From a virus (taxonomy: Duplodnaviria > Caudoviricetes), in the IMG/VR virus record IMGVR_UViG_3300032327_000953, positions 128,001 to 192,000 of that record: a DNA stretch of 64,000 nt; one strand, 5' to 3'. Below are positions 51,929 through 61,634 of this stretch, piece by piece. The translations under genes and the position numbers were made by a program. Under the pieces are notes generated by a model. It did no database searches. It saw only the letters and a list, made by a program, of their open reading frames with translations, and was not told the origin of the DNA. Position 1 is the stretch's first letter; every line of letters begins with the position of its first letter.

Positions 51929-52937
51929 AGGTTTAGACGTAGGCACATCATATATTGTTATGGCAAATCATCTAGATAAAAATGATACATTAACAGCAAT
52001 GAATTATGTAGATTTTAGAGATGCTTTTTATGTTCTTAAACCAACTAGCGCTATAGCTAAAAGTATGATGGAAAAAGGATTGGCTGGTAAAGTATTCGTA
52101 AAAGATACAGATGACTCTTTTATTCTATTAGGTCAAGATGCTATAGATAAGGCTCTTGAAAGAAATGAGAGTGCAAGTAGACCAATGTTCAGGGGAATTA
52201 TATCAGCCAAAGAAAAAAATGCTAAAAAAGTTTTGGCATTTATCATAGGTCAGGCAGTTGGTCAAGCATCAGAAGCTAATGAAAAAATAGTATTCTCAAT
52301 TCCAGCACAACCAATTGATCAAGAAGATGATGATTTTGATGTTGGATATCATGAAGATGTTATTAATACTATTCTAACAAAATTAGGTTATAAATCTAAA
52401 GCTATTAATGAAGCTGAAGCTTTATGTTATTCTGAGTTAACCGAATCTAATTATACTGGTATCGGATTATCTTGGGGTGCCGGTATGGTTAATGTTTGTA
52501 TCATGTTAAATGGAGAACCGATCTCAGTGTTCTCAACAACCAAATCTGGGGACTGGATTGATAGAATGGCTGCTTCTGCCACTGGAGAAACAGATACGGT
52601 TATTCAGTATGAGAAAGAGAATGGTAGTTTTATAATTGGGGAGTCTAATGATAATCCAATTCTGTCGGCAGTCTCGGCCTATTATCAGAGACTAATTGAT
52701 TATACTACCAAGTATTTAGAAGTTGCAATTAGTGAGCATAAATTATTGTCTAAATTTAAAGATCCTCTAAATATTGTTGTTGGTGGAGGAACTACTCAAG
52801 CTAAAGGATTTGTAGAAGAGTTTGAGAAGAAATTGAAAGAAAATAATTTTCCACTCAAAATTAAAGCTGTATCCAAAGCAAAAGATCCTCTTCATGCCGT
52901 TGCAAGAGGATGTTATATAGCAGCTAAAATACTGTAA
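51921..52937 (+). CDS. actin-like ATPase (MreB/ParM/MamK superfamily)
   Basis: Phosphate-1 GLDVGT, phosphate-2 LSWGAG, adenosine VVGGGTT, connect-2 DPLHAVARG. Confidence 0.85.
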   Translation: MAKGLDVGTSYIVMANHLDKNDTLTAMNYVDFRDAFYVLKPTSAIAKSMMEKGLAGKVFVKDTDDSFILLGQDAIDKALERNESASRPMFRGIISAKEKNAKKVLAFIIGQAVGQASEANEKIVFSIPAQPIDQEDDDFDVGYHEDVINTILTKLGYKSKAINEAEALCYSELTESNYTGIGLSWGAGMVNVCIMLNGEPISVFSTTKSGDWIDRMAASATGETDTVIQYEKENGSFIIGESNDNPILSAVSAYYQRLIDYTTKYLEVAISEHKLLSKFKDPLNIVVGGGTTQAKGFVEEFEKKLKENNFPLKIKAVSKAKDPLHAVARGCYIAAKIL

Positions 52938-53584
52938 TGAATTTATTTGGTGGGTCTTTACATCCAGATTTTTTAGATTCCAGATACATAGAGTATGCTG
53001 AGTGGATACCTATTGTAAAGATTATCACAAATAGCAGTTATTGTAGTGGAACCATTATTAGTAATAGATTTATTTTAACTATTAAACATGCTATTGAATA
53101 TGAATCAAAGCTTGAAATCATATTTGATAATCAAATTTTAAAGTATGAGAAAGTTATTATTCATCCTAAAATGGATATTTCTATTATAGAACTAAAAAAA
53201 TCAGTTAAAACTACTAATCTTGAATTCTATGAAAGCTCTGATCTGATAGGAAAGATGTGTGTTATAGGTGGGTATGGTATTTGTAAGAAGCTTGGAAAAG
53301 AACCAAAACTAGATGGCTATAAAAGGGCTGGTAACAATATCATAGTCTGGGAGAACTCAGACCTCTTTGAATGTTGCATGGATGGGTTGAATCCTATTGA
53401 TCTTGAGTTTATATCCACCCCAGGTGATAGTGGAGGCCCAGTTTTAATTAATAATCAACTGGCTGGAGTAAATCAGTATGTTAAAGCTGATGACAACAAT
53501 CCAGATAGTAGCGTTGGGGATAGGTCAGGACATATTAAGATATCTAGTATAAAAAACTGGATAGACAAATATATCAACAGTTAA
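52937..53584 (+). CDS. trypsin-like serine protease (S1), no signal peptide
   Basis: LTIKH, DIS, GDSGGP. Confidence 0.85.
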   Translation: MNLFGGSLHPDFLDSRYIEYAEWIPIVKIITNSSYCSGTIISNRFILTIKHAIEYESKLEIIFDNQILKYEKVIIHPKMDISIIELKKSVKTTNLEFYESSDLIGKMCVIGGYGICKKLGKEPKLDGYKRAGNNIIVWENSDLFECCMDGLNPIDLEFISTPGDSGGPVLINNQLAGVNQYVKADDNNPDSSVGDRSGHIKISSIKNWIDKYINS

Positions 53585-54458
53585 GTTCTTCAAGTATCTT
53601 ATAGAAACTTTTGCTTTTGGATAGAACTTCACTTTCTTTTCCTTCATATAAGTTAGCAATATTATCCTCATGCCACCATAAATCAAAGAATATGCTTTGG
53701 AAAAGTTCAGGATGATTATAGTATAATGCTGTCATAATTTGTTCTTCACTATATAATTCTATCTCTTGATCTAATAATGACATGAGTAGATCTAAAAATT
53801 TATTGCATATATTATTTACTATTGATTTTTGTCCACCAAAGAACCCACCAATAATATGATGATCTCTACATAAATTAGTATAGTATGTATCTGGTATGGT
53901 TTGACTCCAGAAAAAATCAGTATTGTTTTTAGCAATAACAAAGAATTTATCTTTTGTATACTCTATTAAACACTTTAAGAAATTATTATTATACAGATGA
54001 GAGTTGAAGTATTTATCATAGTAAGTATTTCCAATGATATTCAAATGTTTATCTGGAATCAGTCCTGAGTAGGATAATCCAGCATCGAACCAGTAAATAT
54101 AATCAGTATTATTTTTAGGCAAGTGATTTAATAGCCAATAAATTTTAAGATACTGAAGCTCAAAGCATCTAAATGATTTTTTCATATCATCTAAATTTTT
54201 TAGTTTCTGAATTTTTTCCTTATGAGGAGTAGCATTTAGATCAAAAGGAATAAGAGTAATATCTGTTGGGCTATCTCCATTTTCTTTTAAATATGTATTT
54301 AATTTATCAATTTCATTAGTATATACAATAAATTTAGCATCAGACATTCTAGATAATGTTTTTAAACTAGAATAATAATGAACTTCTCTAGATGGTCTAC
54401 CACCATAATCTGTGCCATGTAAATGATTAAATATTGCACTAACTATCGTTATTGACAT
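53574..54458 (-). CDS. HtrL/WlaTC-family glycosyltransferase-like protein
   Basis: ITIVSAIF, YWFDAG, IGGFFGG, EEQIMT; ATG at 54458 overlaps the upstream stop (TAATG). Confidence 0.7.
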   Translation of the reverse strand: MSITIVSAIFNHLHGTDYGGRPSREVHYYSSLKTLSRMSDAKFIVYTNEIDKLNTYLKENGDSPTDITLIPFDLNATPHKEKIQKLKNLDDMKKSFRCFELQYLKIYWLLNHLPKNNTDYIYWFDAGLSYSGLIPDKHLNIIGNTYYDKYFNSHLYNNNFLKCLIEYTKDKFFVIAKNNTDFFWSQTIPDTYYTNLCRDHHIIGGFFGGQKSIVNNICNKFLDLLMSLLDQEIELYSEEQIMTALYYNHPELFQSIFFDLWWHEDNIANLYEGKESEVLSKSKSFYKILEELNC

Positions 54459-55732
54459 TAGTTTAAAGTGCCTTCTATAATTGGACACCAACCCTTGCTA
54501 ACACTGTGGGGCCAGACAACCCACTTCTTTGGAAGAACTTTAGTCTGGAACTCTCTCCATACCTTACAATATCCATCTGGATCATTTTTCATTCTGGCTA
54601 TTTCATCAGGAGTCGCATCTAGTCTATATAGATCATTTTCTTTCTCATCTTTAAATGCAACACACCAGAAATCATAATCTGTTTCAGGTACCTGGGAATA
54701 TCCGATGTCTATACAATGTTTGAAAATATTCAATAAAGAATTTTCCCATTGATCATCTGGAACTTCAGAGTTGGGTGGTTCTTTATGCTCTAATGTTTCT
54801 TGCTGTATTGCTCTATCTTTAAAACTAATTCCAGCATACTTTTCAAAATCATGTAAAGATCTAACATTACCAAATCCATACATACCCATATCTATTTGTT
54901 CTTCATTGTCCATACCAAATAGTTGCCTATTCATTTTATGAGCTTTATTATTTTTGGCGACCCATTCTTTGTCGTCATCCCACTGTTTAGATCGACCCTT
55001 CCTTGTATACTCATGCCAACATACAACCTTGTGAGGGTGATATAGATCGTAGCCGTGGGTATATGCTCGGACACCGACACTAATTTCTTCCCCATGAAAG
55101 TAATAGTCTGGGTTATGCTGGACCTCTTTGGAAAATTCTCCAACAGTAAAAGCAAAATGAGCACTATAAAATCTAGCTCTTAAAGGTCTATCCTTAGCAT
55201 TGAATCCGTCGAATGATGCTGGCAGAAAGAAGATTGCTCCTTCTGGAATGAATCTATCAAAATTCATTTTCCATGGTTCTTGGACTCTTGCTGCTGGATC
55301 ATTATCTGGGTCAAAACTTGGGATATATGCTGTAAGTAATGGCTTAGGGCTTCCATTCTTCTGAAGATCCACTATCATATCAATTAAAGTAGTATCCCAT
55401 CCTGGCGCAAATCTATGATGAGAGTCTATTTGTAATGTATATTTTTCATCAACATAAAGTTGTTGTACAGCATTTCTGGCCCAGCAAACACCCTTTGATT
55501 CTAGATAATCAATATCTATAATTCTGAATCTATCATCATTTTGATATTCATTTAGATTATCCCAAGCATCTTCTTTGTTATGCTGCCAAGCTATTCCTAT
55601 CCTAAGATTCTCTGGGTGGTCAGCTTTTTCAAGCATGTCTTTCAAAGTTGGCAATAATTGAGGGTCTCTATAAGAAGCTATCTGTACAAATATAGTTGAA
55701 GTATTCTTTTTCTTGCCCTTAGACTTTTTCAT
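54458..55732 (-). CDS. GT60-like (Skp1/Gnt1-type) GlcNAc transferase
   Basis: TIFVQIASYRD, SKGVCWAR, LQIDSHHRF, SAHFAF, FHGEE, THGYDLYHP. Confidence 0.85.
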   Translation of the reverse strand: MKKSKGKKKNTSTIFVQIASYRDPQLLPTLKDMLEKADHPENLRIGIAWQHNKEDAWDNLNEYQNDDRFRIIDIDYLESKGVCWARNAVQQLYVDEKYTLQIDSHHRFAPGWDTTLIDMIVDLQKNGSPKPLLTAYIPSFDPDNDPAARVQEPWKMNFDRFIPEGAIFFLPASFDGFNAKDRPLRARFYSAHFAFTVGEFSKEVQHNPDYYFHGEEISVGVRAYTHGYDLYHPHKVVCWHEYTRKGRSKQWDDDKEWVAKNNKAHKMNRQLFGMDNEEQIDMGMYGFGNVRSLHDFEKYAGISFKDRAIQQETLEHKEPPNSEVPDDQWENSLLNIFKHCIDIGYSQVPETDYDFWCVAFKDEKENDLYRLDATPDEIARMKNDPDGYCKVWREFQTKVLPKKWVVWPHSVSKGWCPIIEGTLN

Positions 55733-56353
55733 TTATTCAGATTCCTTATTTAAGTTTACAATTTTTCTATGACTATATTGTTCTGTCAATTTAGAGATTT
55801 CTTCGTCTGGTAAATCAACTAGATATAGATTTTCTTTATTATTATCGTTAGTATTTCTGATATAAATACCATAATCATATCTTATACAAAAAGGAATTAG
55901 ACCTTCGTACATTGATAAGAATTTTTCATTTGTTAGATCGTTTTGAATATGTATCTCATACTCATTTCCCATCACTGGTCCTTGTGAGGCTTGAAATGGT
56001 ACGGCAATTAATAATTCACAATGTTTTAATCTATCTAGAACCTTTAAAGAATCAGCATAGAACATATGTTCAACAACATCGCCAAGAATAGCAAAAGTAT
56101 AATCATTTAAATAGATATCACTAGTAATGATATTATCAATATAAACTGATCTATATTTTAGTTTTAATTGATATCCATCAACATAATTTTGAAAAACTTC
56201 GATAGCATCAATATTTTCATAACCTAATGGCCTTAACATATCAGCATATGTGCCTAGACCAGCACCAATATCAATAATATTAGCTGACTTATCAATGCGT
56301 CTTACTATATAATCTTTAGTTTGTTCTTTAAAAATTGGCGTACTAGTTGGCAT
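55733..56353 (-). CDS. class I SAM-dependent methyltransferase
   Basis: IDIGAGLG motif I, DAIE, ILGDVVEH. Confidence 0.8.
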   Translation of the reverse strand: MPTSTPIFKEQTKDYIVRRIDKSANIIDIGAGLGTYADMLRPLGYENIDAIEVFQNYVDGYQLKLKYRSVYIDNIITSDIYLNDYTFAILGDVVEHMFYADSLKVLDRLKHCELLIAVPFQASQGPVMGNEYEIHIQNDLTNEKFLSMYEGLIPFCIRYDYGIYIRNTNDNNKENLYLVDLPDEEISKLTEQYSHRKIVNLNKESE

Positions 56354-57993
56354 TAGTTCTCCTTACGTTCTTTATCACCATAAAAATAAACTCTATTATG
56401 TGTTATTGGACTAGCTAAAAGAATAGCTGGTTTAACTTCTTCATTTTTGGTTAAAGTATAGATGTGACTCATCCATGTTTGTTCATAAGGATATTGCCAC
56501 TTAGTATCAAGAAACATTTTTTTATTGCCTTCTTGGGTTACTATCTGTGGCCAATTAGAATAAAAGATTTCTCCTTCGGCATATGGTATCTTTTCAAAAG
56601 TTTTTATATTTGTGAATTTAGTAAATGGTTTTTTATTGATCGATCCAAAATATTCTTCTTTTCTTGGATTGGGAACATTATGCCATGCCCACTGCTCTCC
56701 ATTATGACCATAAAATTCACTAAAAGTTAATTTGAGATAATCATAGTATTCTTTATTCATTAATTTAATAATGTTCTCATAAAAATTAGGAACTAGTTTA
56801 TTAAATCCAAAATTACATTTCATATTAGATAAATCTAACAACATATCATCTTCAAAAAACATCATATACTTAGCGCCAGACTCTTCAAAATGTTCGGCAG
56901 CAAATTGTCTTGCTCCACAAACTCCAAGATTGCCCTTCTTAATCTGTGTAAAGTTATGTTTATCGGCTATTAAATCATATTGAGGCATTAATGTATCAAC
57001 AGTGCTATTGTTGATCAAATAAATTTTTGTTGCAGAAAGGAATCTATTGTCGTGGGTCTCAAATGAACTAATTAATAGTTTCAACTGCTCTGGAGTATTA
57101 AACGTATTAATATACAGGATAACGTCATCATTTTTGTATGATTTGAGTGGTTTATTTGCTTCTATATCATAGTTTTTAAGATATTCAAAGAATGTACCAA
57201 GAAGACCATTATCCTCAATCATCTTTATTTCGTATGTTTCTGGGTCATTGTAGGTCATTAGAGTAAATATGCTCTCTTCAGTACCCATGTATCCCATTTC
57301 TAATGAATCTTTTAATAGATTATAGTATAGTTCATTAGCTTGAGAAATAAAATCAACATGACCTCCAAAGAAACCACCTCTTGCAACTCTATTAACTTTT
57401 TCTTTGGCAAATTTATTCATTCCTTCGATATTAAAGCCATGTATTTCTGACGTTGTTTCGTATGGAAAACAAATGAATAGAAATTTATTGACAATATATT
57501 TGATTTTTTCTAATACATTATCATGACTAAAATAACCAGGATGTATGGTATTTGTTATTCCTCCATCAATCCAGAAATAATAATTGTCATTAAATGGATT
57601 AAAACACTTAGCATTATGAAGTAAGAACATTTTACTCATAACCATAGGATTATACCACTCTAAACATCCTTGGGTACTATCTTTTAACCACCCAACTTGA
57701 TCAAACCATTCTGGACTAGTCCTAATAGATTGAATTTTATCAAAAAATGGGAAAAAACTACCCTTAAAATTCTCTTTTGGATGATGTATAATTCTTGTAT
57801 TGTGTTTTTCTCTTATCTCCCATATCATACTTTCTAAGCTTGGATCAACAAAAATACACATATTAGTGTCTTTTGCAGAGATTAGCAGCTTCTTAAAGTT
57901 TTCTATGTAGTGATCAAATGATCTACTCCACCCATCAGAGGCAGATTCCCTCTTGAGATCCCATATACCAGTAACTAGTGTAATGTCATGCAT
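56353..57993 (-). CDS. two-domain glycosyltransferase (HtrL-like plus GT2-like)
   Basis: ITLVTGIWD, FWIDGG, GGFFGG, TEESI; then INNS, GARQ, FFEDD. Confidence 0.75.
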   Translation of the reverse strand: MHDITLVTGIWDLKRESASDGWSRSFDHYIENFKKLLISAKDTNMCIFVDPSLESMIWEIREKHNTRIIHHPKENFKGSFFPFFDKIQSIRTSPEWFDQVGWLKDSTQGCLEWYNPMVMSKMFLLHNAKCFNPFNDNYYFWIDGGITNTIHPGYFSHDNVLEKIKYIVNKFLFICFPYETTSEIHGFNIEGMNKFAKEKVNRVARGGFFGGHVDFISQANELYYNLLKDSLEMGYMGTEESIFTLMTYNDPETYEIKMIEDNGLLGTFFEYLKNYDIEANKPLKSYKNDDVILYINTFNTPEQLKLLISSFETHDNRFLSATKIYLINNSTVDTLMPQYDLIADKHNFTQIKKGNLGVCGARQFAAEHFEESGAKYMMFFEDDMLLDLSNMKCNFGFNKLVPNFYENIIKLMNKEYYDYLKLTFSEFYGHNGEQWAWHNVPNPRKEEYFGSINKKPFTKFTNIKTFEKIPYAEGEIFYSNWPQIVTQEGNKKMFLDTKWQYPYEQTWMSHIYTLTKNEEVKPAILLASPITHNRVYFYGDKERKEN

Positions 57994-58335
57994 TGTATTA
58001 AGAGATTATAAGTCACGGACCTGCATAATAATTAGTACTTACCACTATTGAGGTCAAGTTTAGAAAATTTTGTTTTTCAACTTGACACGAAACTGGGTTT
58101 GGTGATAATAATGTCAAGTCAGTTTTTGAGCGAGAACCGAAATGTTTGATGAAAATAAAAAAGAAAATCGAAGAAAAAATTTAAATACCAAAAAGAAGAA
58201 GGACAACTCAAAGAAACGTTTTCAAGATTTTAGTGAAGACGCATCTTTTGGGGATGGCCATAATATTAGATATCAAAAGAATAATATTAAGGCAGATGAA
58301 ATATGGGAAGAATGGAATAATAGAGAAGAAGAATA

Positions 58336-59085
58336 ATGGACGGTGATGGTCTATCGTTAGTTTTTTCCGTAATGAATAGAACTAATGTTCTCATTCAAAG
58401 TATACCATCATGGTTAAAAAGTAAATCATTTGACGAATTGATTATCGTCGATTGGTCTTCAACAATCCCCATATATAATGATCCAATAGTTAAAGATATT
58501 ATCAAAGATGATAGAATAAAGATTATCAGAGTAGAAAATGAAAAATCCTTTATTTCTCCATCTTTTCCTCTTAATCTTGGTATTTCAAAAGCATTAAATG
58601 AGAATATTATCAAATTAGATATAGATTATCAACTTATTAATTTAGAACTATTTGATTTCATAAACACAATAAAGCCACTACTTAAAAAATCTTTTTTTGT
58701 CACAGACTCACCATTTTGCAAGACAACGATATCCATTATTGGATTCATTTTGTTAAATAAGTATCATTTCCTTTATGTGAATGGATACAATGAAAATTTA
58801 AAGGGTTGGGGTTTTGAGGATCTTGATCTGTATCAAAGACTCGAATCATTAATAGCAAAAAATATACTAACAGATCTTGATGATTATATTTTTCACATTC
58901 CTCACGACGATTCCTTAAGAATAGCAAACTATGTTGACAAACAGACTCCAATCGGTGATAATGAAAGAATGAACAGATCCAGAGCAAAAGCTTTCCCTCC
59001 GACAAAACTATCAGAATATAAAACTATTGATACCATTTATTGTAATAATAAAGTAAAATACGAATTAGTTGAAAGAATTAGATAA
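58336..59085 (+). CDS. GT2/GT7-like glycosyltransferase
   Basis: IIVDWSS, LNLG, KLDID, GYNE...GWGFEDLDL..R. Confidence 0.8.
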   Translation: MDGDGLSLVFSVMNRTNVLIQSIPSWLKSKSFDELIIVDWSSTIPIYNDPIVKDIIKDDRIKIIRVENEKSFISPSFPLNLGISKALNENIIKLDIDYQLINLELFDFINTIKPLLKKSFFVTDSPFCKTTISIIGFILLNKYHFLYVNGYNENLKGWGFEDLDLYQRLESLIAKNILTDLDDYIFHIPHDDSLRIANYVDKQTPIGDNERMNRSRAKAFPPTKLSEYKTIDTIYCNNKVKYELVERIR

Positions 59086-59332
59086 TATGCTATATAAAGT
59101 TATCACATTTTTTAAATCCCTCTATTTTCATATTGGTGCTGGTTTACCAAAGACCTCTCAAGAGGATATAGACTTTAGGTATAGTATTTGTCTTGGTTGC
59201 GATCAATTTAACAGCAAAAAATCAGAATGCTATGTTTGTGGATGTAATATCAATCAAAAAAGAATATTCATGAATAAGTTGGCGTGGGCAGACCAAGAAT
59301 GTCCTTTACACAAGTGGAAAAAAACAGTTTAA
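59069..59332 (+). CDS. small Cys-rich hypothetical protein
   Basis: CLGC...CYVCGC...CPLHKW. Confidence 0.6.
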   Translation: MKELDNMLYKVITFFKSLYFHIGAGLPKTSQEDIDFRYSICLGCDQFNSKKSECYVCGCNINQKRIFMNKLAWADQECPLHKWKKTV

Positions 59333-59343
59333 AGGTTTTAATT

Positions 59344-59907
59344 ATGCCATATACACAAGACGGAAAAAACAATACTTTTACTCTACATACAAATAGAGAT
59401 ATTTTTGAATCTGTGAGAACCAGAGTTCTTGCTGATCAAACGGGTTCGTCCGTAATTATCCCCCATGTTTGCAACAATATTAATCTTTTTGGTGCTGGAT
59501 TTGCCGATGCCCTAGCAGATAAATATCCAGAGACTAAAGAAAATTATCATTTACTAGGAAATTCTTTTCTAAGAAATAATCTGGGATATGTTCAATTTAT
59601 AGAAGTGTCCAAGAACCAAAAATATGGACATAAATTAATTGTAGCAAATATGATAGCACAAAACGGTATTAAAAAAGCTAATAATCCCAGACCTTTAAAT
59701 TATATTGCTCTGGGAAAATGTATGCTTAATGTATCGGTTTATGCTAGAGCTTTAAAGACAGCAGCAAAAGAGAGTCATTCATCATGCGAGATTCATGCTC
59801 CCAAGTTTGGATCTGGTTTAGCTGGAGGAAATTGGAACTTCATCTCAGACATGATAGATGACGCTTGGAAAGACTTTAATGTTTTTGTATATCAACACCA
59901 TAAATAA
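59344..59907 (+). CDS. macrodomain protein (Poa1/T4 Tk.4-like)
   Basis: IIPHVCNN...GAGFA..L..KYP, VANMIAQ, PKFGSGLAGGNW. Confidence 0.85.
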   Translation: MPYTQDGKNNTFTLHTNRDIFESVRTRVLADQTGSSVIIPHVCNNINLFGAGFADALADKYPETKENYHLLGNSFLRNNLGYVQFIEVSKNQKYGHKLIVANMIAQNGIKKANNPRPLNYIALGKCMLNVSVYARALKTAAKESHSSCEIHAPKFGSGLAGGNWNFISDMIDDAWKDFNVFVYQHHK

Positions 59908-60363
59908 TCATGACAAATAAAGATTTTAAAAAGTTTTTGAAGTGGATGAAAAACAGACTCATACATAAATATGGTGAGACTGATCAAGAAGTTATCTTTC
60001 TATTCAATTGTTTGATCAATAATCACTTTTTCTTGATTGATCATGAAATAAAAGAGCCAGATTTAACAAACATATGTAGAAAATACTATGCGGACTACGA
60101 CTACGAAAGGGACGTTGACTCCGTGATCCGTCTTGGCTATACTAATGAAGAACGTGATGAGATTCGTGGTTTCATCAACGAATTGAGCAAAGATCTTTTG
60201 GAGACATATAATCAATGATCCTATTTCTTGCATTTTTTTTAGCAATTATTGTTGGTGTGATGCAAGGTGTGGTTGAAATGGGTGAAATTCACGCTGGTAA
60301 AAAACCCGGCGTAAGAGAATCTGAAAATTTATTGGATTTTATGCTTAACGGTGATAAGAGGAA

Positions 60364-60894
60364 ATGAATAGACTTAAAGATCAAAGAGTGTATCTCGCTG
60401 GCGCTATGGATCGCGTTGCAGATAGGGGAAGTACTTGGAGAGACAATATCACCCCATTTCTAGAAGAGATGGGTATTATTGTATTTAATCCAATAACTAA
60501 ACCAACAACAACAGGTATGGAGGACCATGATTCTCATATGATCAAAACCAAATTAAAAGGTTCTGAAAGATATGACGAATTAGCTGAGATGATGAAAGTT
60601 ATCAGAAGGGTAGACCTTAGATTGGTTGATATTAGTGATTTTCTAATAGTAAATCTTAATCTAGATATTCATCCTTGTGGTACATACGAAGAAATTTTTT
60701 GGGCCAATAGACAAAAGAAACCAATCGTTGTTCATATGGAACAGGGCAAAATAAATGCTCCGGATTGGTTGTTTGGAACTATACCCCATCAAACTATCTT
60801 CTCTTCTTGGACAGATATTAAAGAATACTTATCTCATATTAACTCTTCAGAGAATATAGATACATACAAGAGATGGTACTTTTTTAAGACATAA
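60364..60894 (+). CDS. nucleoside 2-deoxyribosyltransferase-like protein
   Basis: VYLAGAM, VFNP, D...V..SDFLIV, GTYEE...A..QKKP. Confidence 0.75.
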   Translation: MNRLKDQRVYLAGAMDRVADRGSTWRDNITPFLEEMGIIVFNPITKPTTTGMEDHDSHMIKTKLKGSERYDELAEMMKVIRRVDLRLVDISDFLIVNLNLDIHPCGTYEEIFWANRQKKPIVVHMEQGKINAPDWLFGTIPHQTIFSSWTDIKEYLSHINSSENIDTYKRWYFFKT

Positions 60895-60896
60895 CA

Positions 60897-61634
60897 ATGC
60901 CAAGAAAATTAACCATAACATTAACTTGCTCAAATAGAGCAGATTATCTCAAGGAAGTTATAGATACTATCAGAGATGCAGACAAGACAGATATAGAAAT
61001 TCTGTTCTTGCCATCTATTGACTATAAATCTCAAAAGGTTGTTGATATTATCAGTAATGTAGACTTTATTGAGAAAGATATTTATATACATAATCCAAGA
61101 TTAGGATGTAATCAGAATACTCTTTTTGCTATCAATAGAGGTATTCGATATGGTTTCTCAGACTATGTTTTACATTTAGAAGATGATACTCCAATATCAA
61201 AAGATGCTCTTCAATACTTCATGTATTGTTTCAAGAAGTATGATGATGATAAAAATATTCTTAGTGTTGGTGGATATAATAAAACAGAAGACTTTGATGA
61301 ATCAGAAATATATGAAATATTCACACAAAACTTTTTCTCCGCATGGGGTTGCGGATTTTGGAAAAGCAAGTGGGATATTTTTGTTAAAAATTGGTCAAAA
61401 TCTAATAGTAACTTTGATATGTCTTGGGATTCATATATACATGAGATACTCTTTGTAAAAGAGTTATTCCATCAAGCCAGACCCAAGATTTCTCGTATTC
61501 AAAATATTGGTGCTCTTAATGGTACTTGGGTTCAAGATCCAGTTTGGCACTACTATAATCATAGATCTCCATATTTATCAAATGACTTTGAAGGAAATAT
61601 AGACTGGATTCAATATGCAAAAAATAATCAATGA
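60897..61634 (+). CDS. GT-A fold glycosyltransferase
   Basis: TCSNR..YL, LHLEDD, SAWG, SWD motifs. Confidence 0.7.
   Translation: MPRKLTITLTCSNRADYLKEVIDTIRDADKTDIEILFLPSIDYKSQKVVDIISNVDFIEKDIYIHNPRLGCNQNTLFAINRGIRYGFSDYVLHLEDDTPISKDALQYFMYCFKKYDDDKNILSVGGYNKTEDFDESEIYEIFTQNFFSAWGCGFWKSKWDIFVKNWSKSNSNFDMSWDSYIHEILFVKELFHQARPKISRIQNIGALNGTWVQDPVWHYYNHRSPYLSNDFEGNIDWIQYAKNNQ

Noticed and set aside
51921-52937. Evidence for a nucleus-forming (chimallin/PhuZ) jumbo phage
   Set aside because: The cytoskeletal gene is actin-fold, not tubulin, and nothing resembling a shell protein is recognisable in this window.
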